Virus record (IMG/VR): IMGVR_UViG_3300043185_000079
Reading direction: 5' to 3' (one strand)
Source: a virus
Length of the DNA: 64,000 bases
Part shown: in pieces, positions 37,582-46,706 of the stretch
Layout of the letters: each line of letters opens with the position of its first letter
How positions within the stretch are numbered: position 1 is the first letter of the stretch
Translations under genes and position numbers: made by a program
Notes under the pieces: model-generated
The model's database searches: none
What the model saw: the letters and a program-made list of their open reading frames with translations, nothing else
Told to the model about the DNA's origin: nothing

Positions 37582-38475
37582 ATGACGGAGAAGTTTGCCA
37601 GAGCCAGCGTGGAGCCTCGACGTCAGCGAACGCAGTACTCCTGCATGGCGTGCTCCATGATGATGTGCCTACGAGCGCACGGGATCGACTGCGACGAGGA
37701 CGAAGTGAACCGCACCATGGGAGCGCGTCCTATGCAGGGCGCGACTTGGGAGAGTGCCCTCGCCTGCGGCCAGCACTACGGGATGCGCTGCACCCTCGTG
37801 ACCCCCGCCACGCTCGGGCAGATCAAGAGTTGGACGGATCGCGGTGTGCCGGTGATGATCGCCTGGAATCCCGAAGGCCGCCCGTGGTCACATGCGTCGG
37901 TCATCTTCGACGTGGACGAGGACAACGTCCATGTCGCTGATCCAAATATCCCAGATCCAAGCGAGACGGTTCGGGTGGTTCCCAAAGCCGAGTTCTACAG
38001 CAAGTGGTACGAGAAGTGGCCCGACTACCTCGTGCGGCGGCCCGCGATGGCGGTCGAACGCGAGGTAACCTCCGATGGCCGGCAAGTCGTGGCGTCATCT
38101 CGACGCCAGATTTCCGCTGTGCAAATCGGCGAGGCGCTCGTGCGGGTCGGGACGACGCAAGAAGCAGTTAGGGGTGCGTACAATGATTACGTCCAGGCGG
38201 TGACGAACCTCGAGGCGGGGGCCGATCTCGTCGCCGTCGCCACCAACAGGCTCCGGGCACTCGGCTTTCCTCCCGACGAGACCACGTATCCGTTCGCCGA
38301 GAGCATCGAGGTGGTAGCGTCCGACATCTGGCGCTGGCGGAACAACATCGAGCGGATCTACGATCCAGACGATCGCCTCGCGGTGACACACAGGGTCGCA
38401 TCTCGTTTCCTTCAGGCAGAGCGGTACCCGGCGGAATGTCCAACATCGTCTTCCTCATTCGCTGGAAAGGAATGA
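37582..38475 (+). CDS. C39-like cysteine peptidase domain protein with RVASRFL tail
   Basis: QRTQYSC (Q..C), HASVI, VADP catalytic pattern. Confidence 0.8.
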   Translation: MTEKFARASVEPRRQRTQYSCMACSMMMCLRAHGIDCDEDEVNRTMGARPMQGATWESALACGQHYGMRCTLVTPATLGQIKSWTDRGVPVMIAWNPEGRPWSHASVIFDVDEDNVHVADPNIPDPSETVRVVPKAEFYSKWYEKWPDYLVRRPAMAVEREVTSDGRQVVASSRRQISAVQIGEALVRVGTTQEAVRGAYNDYVQAVTNLEAGADLVAVATNRLRALGFPPDETTYPFAESIEVVASDIWRWRNNIERIYDPDDRLAVTHRVASRFLQAERYPAECPTSSSSFAGKE

Positions 38476-38534
38476 TGCCGCCCGAGTACTCGGCGGTCGT
38501 CATCCACCTGTACAGTCCAAGTTAGGAGCCCAAG

Positions 38535-39356
38535 ATGTCAGCACAGTACGCAAATCTCGGTGGTCGCCAGTTCGTGAACGAGGACTTCGTGAGCGACGTC
38601 CGCGAGCTGTACCCGCACTCGACGAGGAAGATTCCATTCGGGTGGAGTACGTACACAGGGTGGACTGGTAAAGACGAGGTGCTCTTCACCCGGCACGACG
38701 CGGTGGAGGGCCTTGAGGGGGACACCTACGAAGTCACGTTCGATCCGGTGAACCCGGCGGCGTTCGACGAGCGAATCCTCGGCGAAATCCAGCATGTCGT
38801 AAAGAGTGCGTCAGTCCCCATGGAACGGCAGGCCCGTGTTCCGAGTGGGCTCTACGGCTATGCAAAGTCCATTCAGGCAAGCTGCGAGTCCGCCTCGCGG
38901 CGGCTCAATCGCCGCGCCACCGACCTGGTGAAGAAGGCTGTCGCGCGTGACGCCTCGGTCCTCGGTTTCCTGGAGACGCATGCGCGTCGAGGGCCGAGTC
39001 TGGCCGCGCGGGTGCTCCTGGGGGCGTATGGGAGTTCGCTTCCCCGTCCCTCAGGGACTGTGACGGCTGGTGCCGTCAGGCTCGGTATGTACGGCTATCC
39101 GGCGAAGATCGCGAGGATCGCGTTGACGGCGTGCCAGGCCCTCCGAGAGGAGGCTGGCATGCTGGCGGCGGATCTGCATGTTCGCCGCGCCGGTGTGCAT
39201 GCGAAGATCGTCGGCTTCCTGGGCGAACACTCCAAGACCGGAGGCTGCACTGCGAGCGGCCTGATCCTGTCCTGCTACCCCGAGGCCGATTTCCGGTTCC
39301 GTCGGACCGCCACGGTCACGGACTGGATCGCGTGGGACGAGTCTCCTACGACATGA
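38535..39356 (+). CDS. modular protein with two G[LM]YGY repeats
   Basis: AGGAG RBS; duplicated helical domain, each copy ending in FL..H.[RK].G..A...L..Y. Confidence 0.75.
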   Translation: MSAQYANLGGRQFVNEDFVSDVRELYPHSTRKIPFGWSTYTGWTGKDEVLFTRHDAVEGLEGDTYEVTFDPVNPAAFDERILGEIQHVVKSASVPMERQARVPSGLYGYAKSIQASCESASRRLNRRATDLVKKAVARDASVLGFLETHARRGPSLAARVLLGAYGSSLPRPSGTVTAGAVRLGMYGYPAKIARIALTACQALREEAGMLAADLHVRRAGVHAKIVGFLGEHSKTGGCTASGLILSCYPEADFRFRRTATVTDWIAWDESPTT

Positions 39357-40749
39357 GATCATCGAGCGACCCGTCGTCTCGAGCCCGACGCATGAGGGAC
39401 TTCACGCGCTTGAGCGCGCCGGTGATTCTCTCCGTCTCCTCGATCGGAATGTGGTGTTCCTCGGCGATCTCGTCCACCGTCATCTCCTTGACGTAGCGAT
39501 CGACGAGCACCTGACGGTGCCACTCGACGTCCGCTTCATCACGGATCTCGCTGCACAGGACGCGCGAGATGCAGTCCAGGACGCTTTCCAGGTCCAGGTT
39601 CGCGCTGAGCGTACTCTCTGGGTTGAGACCATCGGTAAGGTACTCGATGGGGTCCGTGTTCGAGTCGTCCTCGCTATGCTCGGTGTGTGTGTACGACAGT
39701 CTTTGCTCTGATTCGTTGATCGTTCGAGGCACGACTTCGTGCGTCCAGTTCGTCGGGTCGTAGCTGGGGATTTCCCGCGGAGTGAGGGCTCCATGGAAAA
39801 CCCGGCATACGGGCTCGCGTCCATCGTTGCGGATCTCGCTGTAGGCTCCTCGACGCGCCCAGGCACAGATCTGGGAGGGCGCGGGACCTCGTCCATCGCG
39901 GACCCGTTCTTTCAGACCGTCTCGCTGGATGATTTTCTCGATCCAGCCCATCGCGTGGTCCTCGATTTTCCCGAGAGTCTCCGAGCGCGGCATCTTGGTC
40001 CGCAGGTGCATCGTCATGCGGCCGTAGATCCGGGAGAAGTGCTCGCCCAGGTAGCGCGCCGTCTCATTGGTGCCGCACGAGAGCACGATGCGTCCCTCGT
40101 ACGTCGGACACAGTGAGCGGGCCTTCTTCACCCCGTTGGCCGTCAGCTCCCACCCGCCCCGCTGAGATCCGCTGCACAGCGGGACGACATCCCCATGGAG
40201 TCCTCGAGTCTGGACATGCCAAGCGGCTTTGACGTCGCGTCGGGCGATGTCATCCGACTGGACCCCGAGAAGGCGAGGCGCGTCGGCGACGATGTGGTCG
40301 GGCCTCACGCTGACGTAAGGCTTGAAGCCCGACATCTTCCCGATGAGGTAGACCACAGGGTCCAGGTAGCGAGTGGCGCCGATTTCGACGGGACTCTCGT
40401 CGCGGAAGTAGCCATCCCACCGAGGGTACTTCTGCTGGACCTCGCGGGCAGCCGCGACCCCGGCCTCCGTCAAGCCCCACAGACCGGGAGCAGGAGCCGA
40501 ACACAGGCCCCACAGGTCCTTCAGCCACCGCCAGGCGAAGTGGACCTCGCGGTAAAGGCCAGGCGGGCTGTTGCCATGGAGCGGCCAGTCGGGGCGTCGA
40601 GGGTCGATCCCGCGCAACGCCAGGGCCTTGTCCCGTATCGCTCTCTGGTGGATCCCCACGTCTGAGCGGAAGTCGCTCGCCGTGCCGAGGAGATAGAGGA
40701 CGGGATCGTAGAAGTCGACGCCGCGTGGGCGTTCGGAGAGGTGCGCCAT
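39346..40749 (-). CDS. sigma-70/ECF-like factor with two N-terminal Mrr-like wHTH domains
   Basis: GLWGLTEAG and GGWELTANG wHTH ends; region-2-like IEDH...WARRGAYSEIR; region-4-like RQVLVDRYVKEMTVDEIAEE. Confidence 0.6.
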   Translation of the reverse strand: MAHLSERPRGVDFYDPVLYLLGTASDFRSDVGIHQRAIRDKALALRGIDPRRPDWPLHGNSPPGLYREVHFAWRWLKDLWGLCSAPAPGLWGLTEAGVAAAREVQQKYPRWDGYFRDESPVEIGATRYLDPVVYLIGKMSGFKPYVSVRPDHIVADAPRLLGVQSDDIARRDVKAAWHVQTRGLHGDVVPLCSGSQRGGWELTANGVKKARSLCPTYEGRIVLSCGTNETARYLGEHFSRIYGRMTMHLRTKMPRSETLGKIEDHAMGWIEKIIQRDGLKERVRDGRGPAPSQICAWARRGAYSEIRNDGREPVCRVFHGALTPREIPSYDPTNWTHEVVPRTINESEQRLSYTHTEHSEDDSNTDPIEYLTDGLNPESTLSANLDLESVLDCISRVLCSEIRDEADVEWHRQVLVDRYVKEMTVDEIAEEHHIPIEETERITGALKRVKSLMRRARDDGSLDDLMS

Positions 40750-41079
40750 GTTGTCCTCGCCTGGGCTCAAGAGCCGCAGCTAAGTGGGGTGCCGGTGTGC
40801 TCGGGTCCTGGACATGTCCTGAGACGGGCAGGTCAGTGGACGGAAGCGCGACCCTTCTACGGCGCGAGGTGTGGCCCTGTCAAGATTTCCGCAGCGATGG
40901 GCGTCAGCAGAACATTGGTGAGAGAAGTCCGTGGCTTGCGGTCCGATAGCTAAACTATTGGTGCCGAGCGGCCGGAAAGATTTTTCCTGTGGATAACTCG
41001 GGAGAGATCTCCCTTTGGTCGGACCGGGGTGCGGCCCCGTCGCTTATGCCTCTATAGGCGAGACTCAGCGGTGACCCCC

Positions 41080-42312
41080 ATGCCCGATTTTGCCGACCCG
41101 CTCGTGCGCCGCTACCTGCGAGCCGCCATCGAGCGGACCGCGCTATGGAACATGGACATGTTCGCGCGGCTGAGCGTGTTGGAGGGCGCGGCTGGTCGCA
41201 CGCCCGGTGAGTGGGTCCGCATGGGTGAGCGCGGGTTCGGGAAGGCGAAGGAGCACTTCGGGCCAGGCCTCGCCGCGGCCTGGTCGACCTCGGGGAACAC
41301 AGGGGTGTACGACGCGGCTGTCTCGTCGGCTGAGAAGACGCTCCGTAACGTGCCCGGGTTGGACGGAGCTGATCTCGTCCAGGAGATGATGGTGGGCTCC
41401 AGCAGCCCACGAGCGCCGAGCAATGGCAACGGCAAGACCGAACTCGTGGGTCCTCGAAGGCAACGGATCTTCTACTCCGTCGGCGAGACCGTCAAGAAGA
41501 TGGAGGGCGATGACAGGCTGCGATCGGGGGTCATCGGGCCCTCTCACCGCCACATCATCGCGGACATCCGACGCTGGGTACAGCGCGCGGCTCTGGATGA
41601 AATCGCGAGATGGAAGCGGCAACGCATCGTTCCGTTCAGCCCAGGGGAACCACAAGGACTGGATCCGCTCAGGACTCGAGGCGAGAGGATGACGGATGAG
41701 CAACGAGAGAACCTCGTGCTGCTCGCCCTCCGGAGTCCAGGGGGTCCCGGACGCATCGTGCAGGATGTCGTGGAGGAGTTGGTCGACCGGCGATTCCCAC
41801 CCGCGCAAGCCAAGATCGTACGGGCGTTCTTGGCGAAGATCGGCCAGGAAAAGCTGCGGTCCTCGGCCGAGATGGGGCGCCTGGTCAAGACTTTCGATCC
41901 GAACAAGTGGTGGACGCAGGCGTTCAACGTCGTTCGTCGCGAGATCATGGAAGAGATGGGCGTCTCGGCACAGCAGCTCACCAACGCGCTCGGAGGAGGA
42001 GCGAAACGCGTCTTCGACTTCATGCAGAAGGACGTGGGGCGCGACCCGAGGATCATCAAGATCGTCGAGAACCTCGGAGAGCAGATTGACCTGCTCGAGC
42101 CCGGGCTCGGCAGCAGGGTTGCTCGTTCGCGGGTGCCGGAGTCTCTCCCGGAGCACCAGCGCCCCGTGTCGCCCTTCTCGTCGTTGAGCAATTGGCTGGA
42201 GAAGGATGAGCACATGGAGTGGGGCACGCAGAGCAGTCCGCTCGCGCAGCCCTCTCGGGGCCCCGTCCCCTTGCGCGTGGCGTCTCGGTGGATTGCCGTT
42301 AAGAATCGTTGA
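41080..42312 (+). CDS. sigma-like protein flanked by LVRRYL..RTA leader and RVASRW tail
   Basis: Region-2-like GADLVQEM...WVQRAALDEIAR; HTH-like REIMEEMGVSAQQLT; GCTT-N6-CTAT upstream. The CDS is secure, the function tentative. Confidence 0.5.
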   Translation: MPDFADPLVRRYLRAAIERTALWNMDMFARLSVLEGAAGRTPGEWVRMGERGFGKAKEHFGPGLAAAWSTSGNTGVYDAAVSSAEKTLRNVPGLDGADLVQEMMVGSSSPRAPSNGNGKTELVGPRRQRIFYSVGETVKKMEGDDRLRSGVIGPSHRHIIADIRRWVQRAALDEIARWKRQRIVPFSPGEPQGLDPLRTRGERMTDEQRENLVLLALRSPGGPGRIVQDVVEELVDRRFPPAQAKIVRAFLAKIGQEKLRSSAEMGRLVKTFDPNKWWTQAFNVVRREIMEEMGVSAQQLTNALGGGAKRVFDFMQKDVGRDPRIIKIVENLGEQIDLLEPGLGSRVARSRVPESLPEHQRPVSPFSSLSNWLEKDEHMEWGTQSSPLAQPSRGPVPLRVASRWIAVKNR

Positions 42313-43463
42313 ACAGGAGGAATGCTGTGCTCCGTCGCATCGTGAAGACTACCATCGATCGTCCGGATCTCCGGCCCGTTCTCGTGCCTCTTGTGAAGGC
42401 AGCGCGATCCGGGGCTCTCGATCTGGCCGATCGTGCGCGCGCAATCCGATTTGCGTACTTTGTCCGCGACCGTGAGCTTCGTTCTGCCGTCGTCCGCCTT
42501 TTGGAATGCGTGTCGCCCTCGCCCGTGTCGCCTGCGCGCCTCGCTTCTCTCGTACGAGAAGCTCTCGCCGCGAAGGGAGTTGAGCGGCGAGTCCGAGTTG
42601 CGGCACTGCAACGCTTCGCCAAGTATGTGCCGGCCTTCCTCAAATGGGTCGAGACACAGTCGTTTCCCAACGCGGAGCTGAATCAAGACCTCAAGTTCTA
42701 CTCGCTGCCTCCCGAAGAACAGAAGAAGGTCTACGAGCGGTGGGGCACGTGGCGCAAACAATGGGCGGAAAAGTCCAAGCCGGAAGGCCTCTCGGACGAG
42801 ACGGTGCTCACCCCCGAGTGCTACGACGAAACGCAAGAGGGGGATCTGCTCTGGATCGCTTGGCGCCCCGACAAGCTGCACAAAGTTGTCGGCCGGGGCA
42901 AAACGAAGGGCGGCAAGTCTTATCTCGATCTGGTTCTGGTCGATCCGAAGGACACTTCCAAGGAGGGAACCCGCAGGTCGTTGTTCCGTTCCTCCGTGGA
43001 AGGGGGGGACGTCGAGATGCACAAGATGCCGAAGGTCGAGCCCGAGGAAATCGGGCTCGAAATCGAGGAAACCGAGCCGGAAACGGAAATCTCGTTTGAG
43101 GATGAGTCCGAGCCGGAAGTGGCCTCCACGGACGAGCCCGAACCGGATCCCGAAACAGCGCCAGACGAGCCCGAACCGCAGGGCAAGCGAAAACCGCGAA
43201 AGGACTCCGCCAAGGCGTCTGTTCCCGACAGCATCATCTCTTTGGCCACGCCAAAGAGCATGGGCCAGGCCATGGCGAAGAGGACGCGTGAGGGACTCAA
43301 AAAGATCACGGTCGGAGACGCCAAGAAACTGATCAAGAACATCGGTGAGGCCCTCGCTGATCTCGGCGGTGAGACAATGAAGAGTCTCCGGGCAGCCGGT
43401 TACACTGATCAGGCTCTCCGGGATCTTCAGTCAGAGCTGCAGCAGCACCTGGAAATCGTCTAG
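42309..43463 (+). CDS. modular protein with three tandem N-terminal helical motifs and an acidic linker
   Basis: LRRIVK..IDRPDLRPVLVPL, RAIRFAY..DRELRSAV, RVAALQRFA. Confidence 0.7.
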   Translation: MNRRNAVLRRIVKTTIDRPDLRPVLVPLVKAARSGALDLADRARAIRFAYFVRDRELRSAVVRLLECVSPSPVSPARLASLVREALAAKGVERRVRVAALQRFAKYVPAFLKWVETQSFPNAELNQDLKFYSLPPEEQKKVYERWGTWRKQWAEKSKPEGLSDETVLTPECYDETQEGDLLWIAWRPDKLHKVVGRGKTKGGKSYLDLVLVDPKDTSKEGTRRSLFRSSVEGGDVEMHKMPKVEPEEIGLEIEETEPETEISFEDESEPEVASTDEPEPDPETAPDEPEPQGKRKPRKDSAKASVPDSIISLATPKSMGQAMAKRTREGLKKITVGDAKKLIKNIGEALADLGGETMKSLRAAGYTDQALRDLQSELQQHLEIV

Positions 43464-44360
43464 CCAGGGAGCACACAACCTCCCTGCGAGCGGTTGTGCT
43501 TGTCTGAAACCTCGGCCGAGGGGCTCCAAAGGTTCCCTGGTGTCGGTTGAAATCTAGTAGATGTCGTGCCGCAGGGAGATTCAAATTCCTTCAGCACATC
43601 GTGCACTCCGAGGACGCGCGACCTCGGAGGCTCGACTACCGAGGTTGCTTCGGGCCATGCGGGGAAGCCTCTCACTGCGCGGACGATTCGTGGCTTGACA
43701 GAGGCCATGGCGCTGCCCTAGTCTCCCTCAGCCGTCTCCCCTCCCTTGATTGGGGGGAGAGCCCCCGTAGGCAGGAGCGACCTGGACGGTCGCTCCTGGG
43801 GGCCGAGCGGAACGCTCGGACGCGTCTCACGCCAGGCATCCAGGTCCTCAGACGAAAGACCTCAGATGGGGACTTCCTGGTATTGACGCGCTCCGGGTGG
43901 GGAAGCTGGGGAAACCCAGGAGGGCTGACGAAGCCTCCGAGACGGCCGGGATCCATCCCGCAAGGTTGCACCGAACGAGCTGACCCTCAGGTCTTACCGG
44001 GTCTTCAGGATGACTCACCCTCGCATCAAGTTCTCCATCCAGGACGATCTCGTCCTGGATCCTCTTGGTCGAGGACGGGACACTCCCACACTCACGTTCG
44101 TTCTCGGGGACGACTCGACGCTACTCCTGGATGCCGGGGTGTTGTTGTTGTCCTACCATCTCTTGATGGATGAGAATTAACAGAACGTGGGTGTTCGTTC
44201 ACGAACACACACCGACTTCAGATCCTTGTTCTCCTTCTCCAAGTTCTCTGCCTAGCCCTCATCCACACCCACCCGGTCCTCCACCAGACAGTCCAAACAC
44301 AACACCTACCAGAACCACGACCTAGCACAATGCTTCTTCTATCCTTCCACGACTGGGAGG

Positions 44361-44768
44361 ATGGGCGACAAGCGTAGAGCACGACAAGGGAGTGTGGGAG
44401 GCAACCTCACTCCTAAGCAAGCTCGAGATGCCCTCGCGATCCCCGTGTACGCTGTCGTGTCGGGGTACGCGACGCCCATTTTCCCGACCACAAATCTGGC
44501 GAGCTGGTCGAGCTTGGTGGGGATCTTCATGAAGCCAGGCGGATCCTGTCGGACCCTCAGAAGAGGGCAGACCGCGTTCTATCCTGTCTGGGTCAACGGC
44601 CGACAGTGGGAGCGTGCGGTCGTCCCTGTTTTGCTTGATCCTCGGTGGAACGCGTCGAATCCACTTTTCCAGTTCGTGGCTTTCTCCTCACCGTCGGAGA
44701 TAATCAGGCTGATCGGGGAAGCTCTCGCGCAGAGCTTTCACGACGCTGGGTATGGTCCCTTGCCATGA
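44361..44768 (+). CDS. hypothetical protein
   Basis: GGGAGG before ATG; ATGA-coupled to the next gene. Confidence 0.55.
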   Translation: MGDKRRARQGSVGGNLTPKQARDALAIPVYAVVSGYATPIFPTTNLASWSSLVGIFMKPGGSCRTLRRGQTAFYPVWVNGRQWERAVVPVLLDPRWNASNPLFQFVAFSSPSEIIRLIGEALAQSFHDAGYGPLP

Positions 44769-44968
44769 GCAATCCACGGCCGCCCTCTTCCCGGCCTCCC
44801 GGAGTCGAGTATCCCGCAGACGAGGTCGTCTGGGTGTCGTGCCGGGCGAGCAAGTCCTGCGAAGGGAAGAAGGCCAAGGTGCTGCTCCGGAAGAACGACG
44901 GGATCAATGGCACCTGGATTCAGTACATCTGCATGACGTGTCGCCGTCCGTTTTCCGTGCGCTTCTAG
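44765..44968 (+). CDS. small Zn-ribbon protein
   Basis: C....C and CMTC pairs. Confidence 0.7.
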   Translation: MSNPRPPSSRPPGVEYPADEVVWVSCRASKSCEGKKAKVLLRKNDGINGTWIQYICMTCRRPFSVRF

Positions 44969-44987
44969 CCATTGGGTAGAAGGACAG

Positions 44988-45587
44988 ATGCTCCGCTACC
45001 CCTCGGCGGTTCTCTTGCACGGTCCAGGAGCGCGACTAGAGGCCATCGCGTTAGCCCCGCGGCTCGGACGGGTTTTGCACGAGCCGTTCGGGGATGATGG
45101 CCTCAAGATCGCCGACAGCCGCGAGATCGTGGACCTGCTGAGCGCCTCTCCCGTGGGAGACGGCCCGGGCTCCGTGGTGATCGGTCCGATGGATGCTGCG
45201 AACCGGATGGCCGCCGATGCTCTACTCAAGACGCTGGAGGAGTTCGACGAACGTGTTGTTCGCCCCGTGCTGTGGGCCCGGGATGAAGGGGGCGTGGCCT
45301 CGACGATTCGCTCGCGTTGCATCCGAAGATGGTGCCCCGCGGAGGAGGAACACGAGGACGAGGTTGTCGATCTGGGACGCGCCGTTGTGACGGCCATACA
45401 AGATCGTGATGTGGCCGTGCTGATCGAGACGCTCAAGGAACGTGACCCGGAGCAGGTCATCGTTGGCGTTTCCTTGGCACTGGCGGAGCGTCGCTGCGCA
45501 GGCATGGCCGAAACCTGGCGGGCTCTCCGTGAGGTGTCCATGGTTCGAGATCCAACCTTGACCGAGGTGCTTGCGGCCCTCCTGTGA
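44988..45587 (+). CDS. holB: DNA polymerase III delta-prime-like clamp-loader subunit (truncated)
   Basis: AADALLKTLEE and TIRSRC motifs. Confidence 0.8.
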   Translation: MLRYPSAVLLHGPGARLEAIALAPRLGRVLHEPFGDDGLKIADSREIVDLLSASPVGDGPGSVVIGPMDAANRMAADALLKTLEEFDERVVRPVLWARDEGGVASTIRSRCIRRWCPAEEEHEDEVVDLGRAVVTAIQDRDVAVLIETLKERDPEQVIVGVSLALAERRCAGMAETWRALREVSMVRDPTLTEVLAALL

Positions 45588-45594
45588 TGTCCCG

Positions 45595-46599
45595 ATGAGT
45601 CGCTGGTCGAATCCACCCCCCGTTGTCGTACTGTCTGGCACCGACGACTACCTTCGGTCGAGGGAATTGCGAGCGGCGGTGTCGGCCGCCGATGAGGCCG
45701 GTCGTGGCGTGGAGTATCTTCAAGGAGGCAACAACGATGATCTGCGTCGTGTCTTGTCGAGTACGGGCGTTCTTTTCCGGGAGGAGGTTCTCGTTGTTGT
45801 GGACGCCCCAGAGGAGGTGGACGCTGCTCTTGTTCTCGAACACCATGCGACCGAGAACAACACGACGGTGATCGTCCTCCATCACGAGGGAGCGATCAAG
45901 GCGAAGTCGAACCTCGCCCAGATTGCGGACGCGCTCCCATCTCGTTTCGTCGCGCGCTTCGAGAAACCGAAGCCGTGGGAGGAGATCGAGTACGCCGCGA
46001 GGTTCTGCGTGTCGGAGGCGTCGACCAAGGGCGTCAGGCTTTCACTCGATTTGGCCGAACGCGTCGTCCGAACTGTCGGCACTGACCTCGGGATATTGGC
46101 CTTTGAGATCGACAAGGTAGCGCGGCTCATGCGTGCCGAGGGCGGAGATGATGTGACGATGGCGCACATGAAGCGAACGATCGGTGCCTTCTCTGAGATG
46201 GGCCCCAAGCCCATCGTGGAGGCCCTCGAGAGGCGCGACATCAGGGAGGTGGGATCTGCGCTCGCTAGCATGCGGAGAACTCACGCTGGCCAGCTTTCAG
46301 GGGGCACGCTTCGTGCGTGCGCCTTTATCGGGACCGCCGCCCGAAGCTGGCTGCACGTTGCGTCACTGTTGGAAGAGGGACTTTCTCAGGATGAGATCTC
46401 GGATAGGATCAAGTTGGCTCCCTTTGTTGTCCGTAAAACGTCCATTCCGACGGCAAGAAGGTGGGGCAAGGGAGATTTAATCTCCCTTCTGAAGTCCATT
46501 GCCGCAGTCGAGCGCGGCGTAAGGAACGGACATGCGAACTCGTGGGTCGCGTTGGAGTGCGCTCTCTTTCGCTCGCTCAGGACTACGACGAGCGGGTAA
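45595..46599 (+). CDS. holA: DNA polymerase III delta-like clamp-loader subunit
   Basis: VVVLSGTDDYL, GVLF, VGTDLG.L..EIDK pattern; about 334 aa; adjacent to the holB-like gene. Confidence 0.75.
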   Translation: MSRWSNPPPVVVLSGTDDYLRSRELRAAVSAADEAGRGVEYLQGGNNDDLRRVLSSTGVLFREEVLVVVDAPEEVDAALVLEHHATENNTTVIVLHHEGAIKAKSNLAQIADALPSRFVARFEKPKPWEEIEYAARFCVSEASTKGVRLSLDLAERVVRTVGTDLGILAFEIDKVARLMRAEGGDDVTMAHMKRTIGAFSEMGPKPIVEALERRDIREVGSALASMRRTHAGQLSGGTLRACAFIGTAARSWLHVASLLEEGLSQDEISDRIKLAPFVVRKTSIPTARRWGKGDLISLLKSIAAVERGVRNGHANSWVALECALFRSLRTTTSG

Positions 46600-46706
46600 C
46601 ATGGCGTTAGGTCGCCTATATCCGAGGTCATGTTGCGCGCGCGCGGGACTCTCGTGACCTGCGCGCCGCGTATAAGCTCAACGGACCGCATCGGTCGAGG
46701 TCACGC

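Noticed and set aside
41544-43022. Long antisense ORFs (also 71-751, 14428-15651, 55076-56494, 58956-60296 and others)
   Set aside because: Shadow frames of GC3-biased genes on the opposite strand; no motifs or start signals.
43547-44173. 208-aa ORF in the non-coding region
   Set aside because: No codon bias, RBS or motif; its Arg/Gly/Ser-rich composition is typical of a spurious frame.
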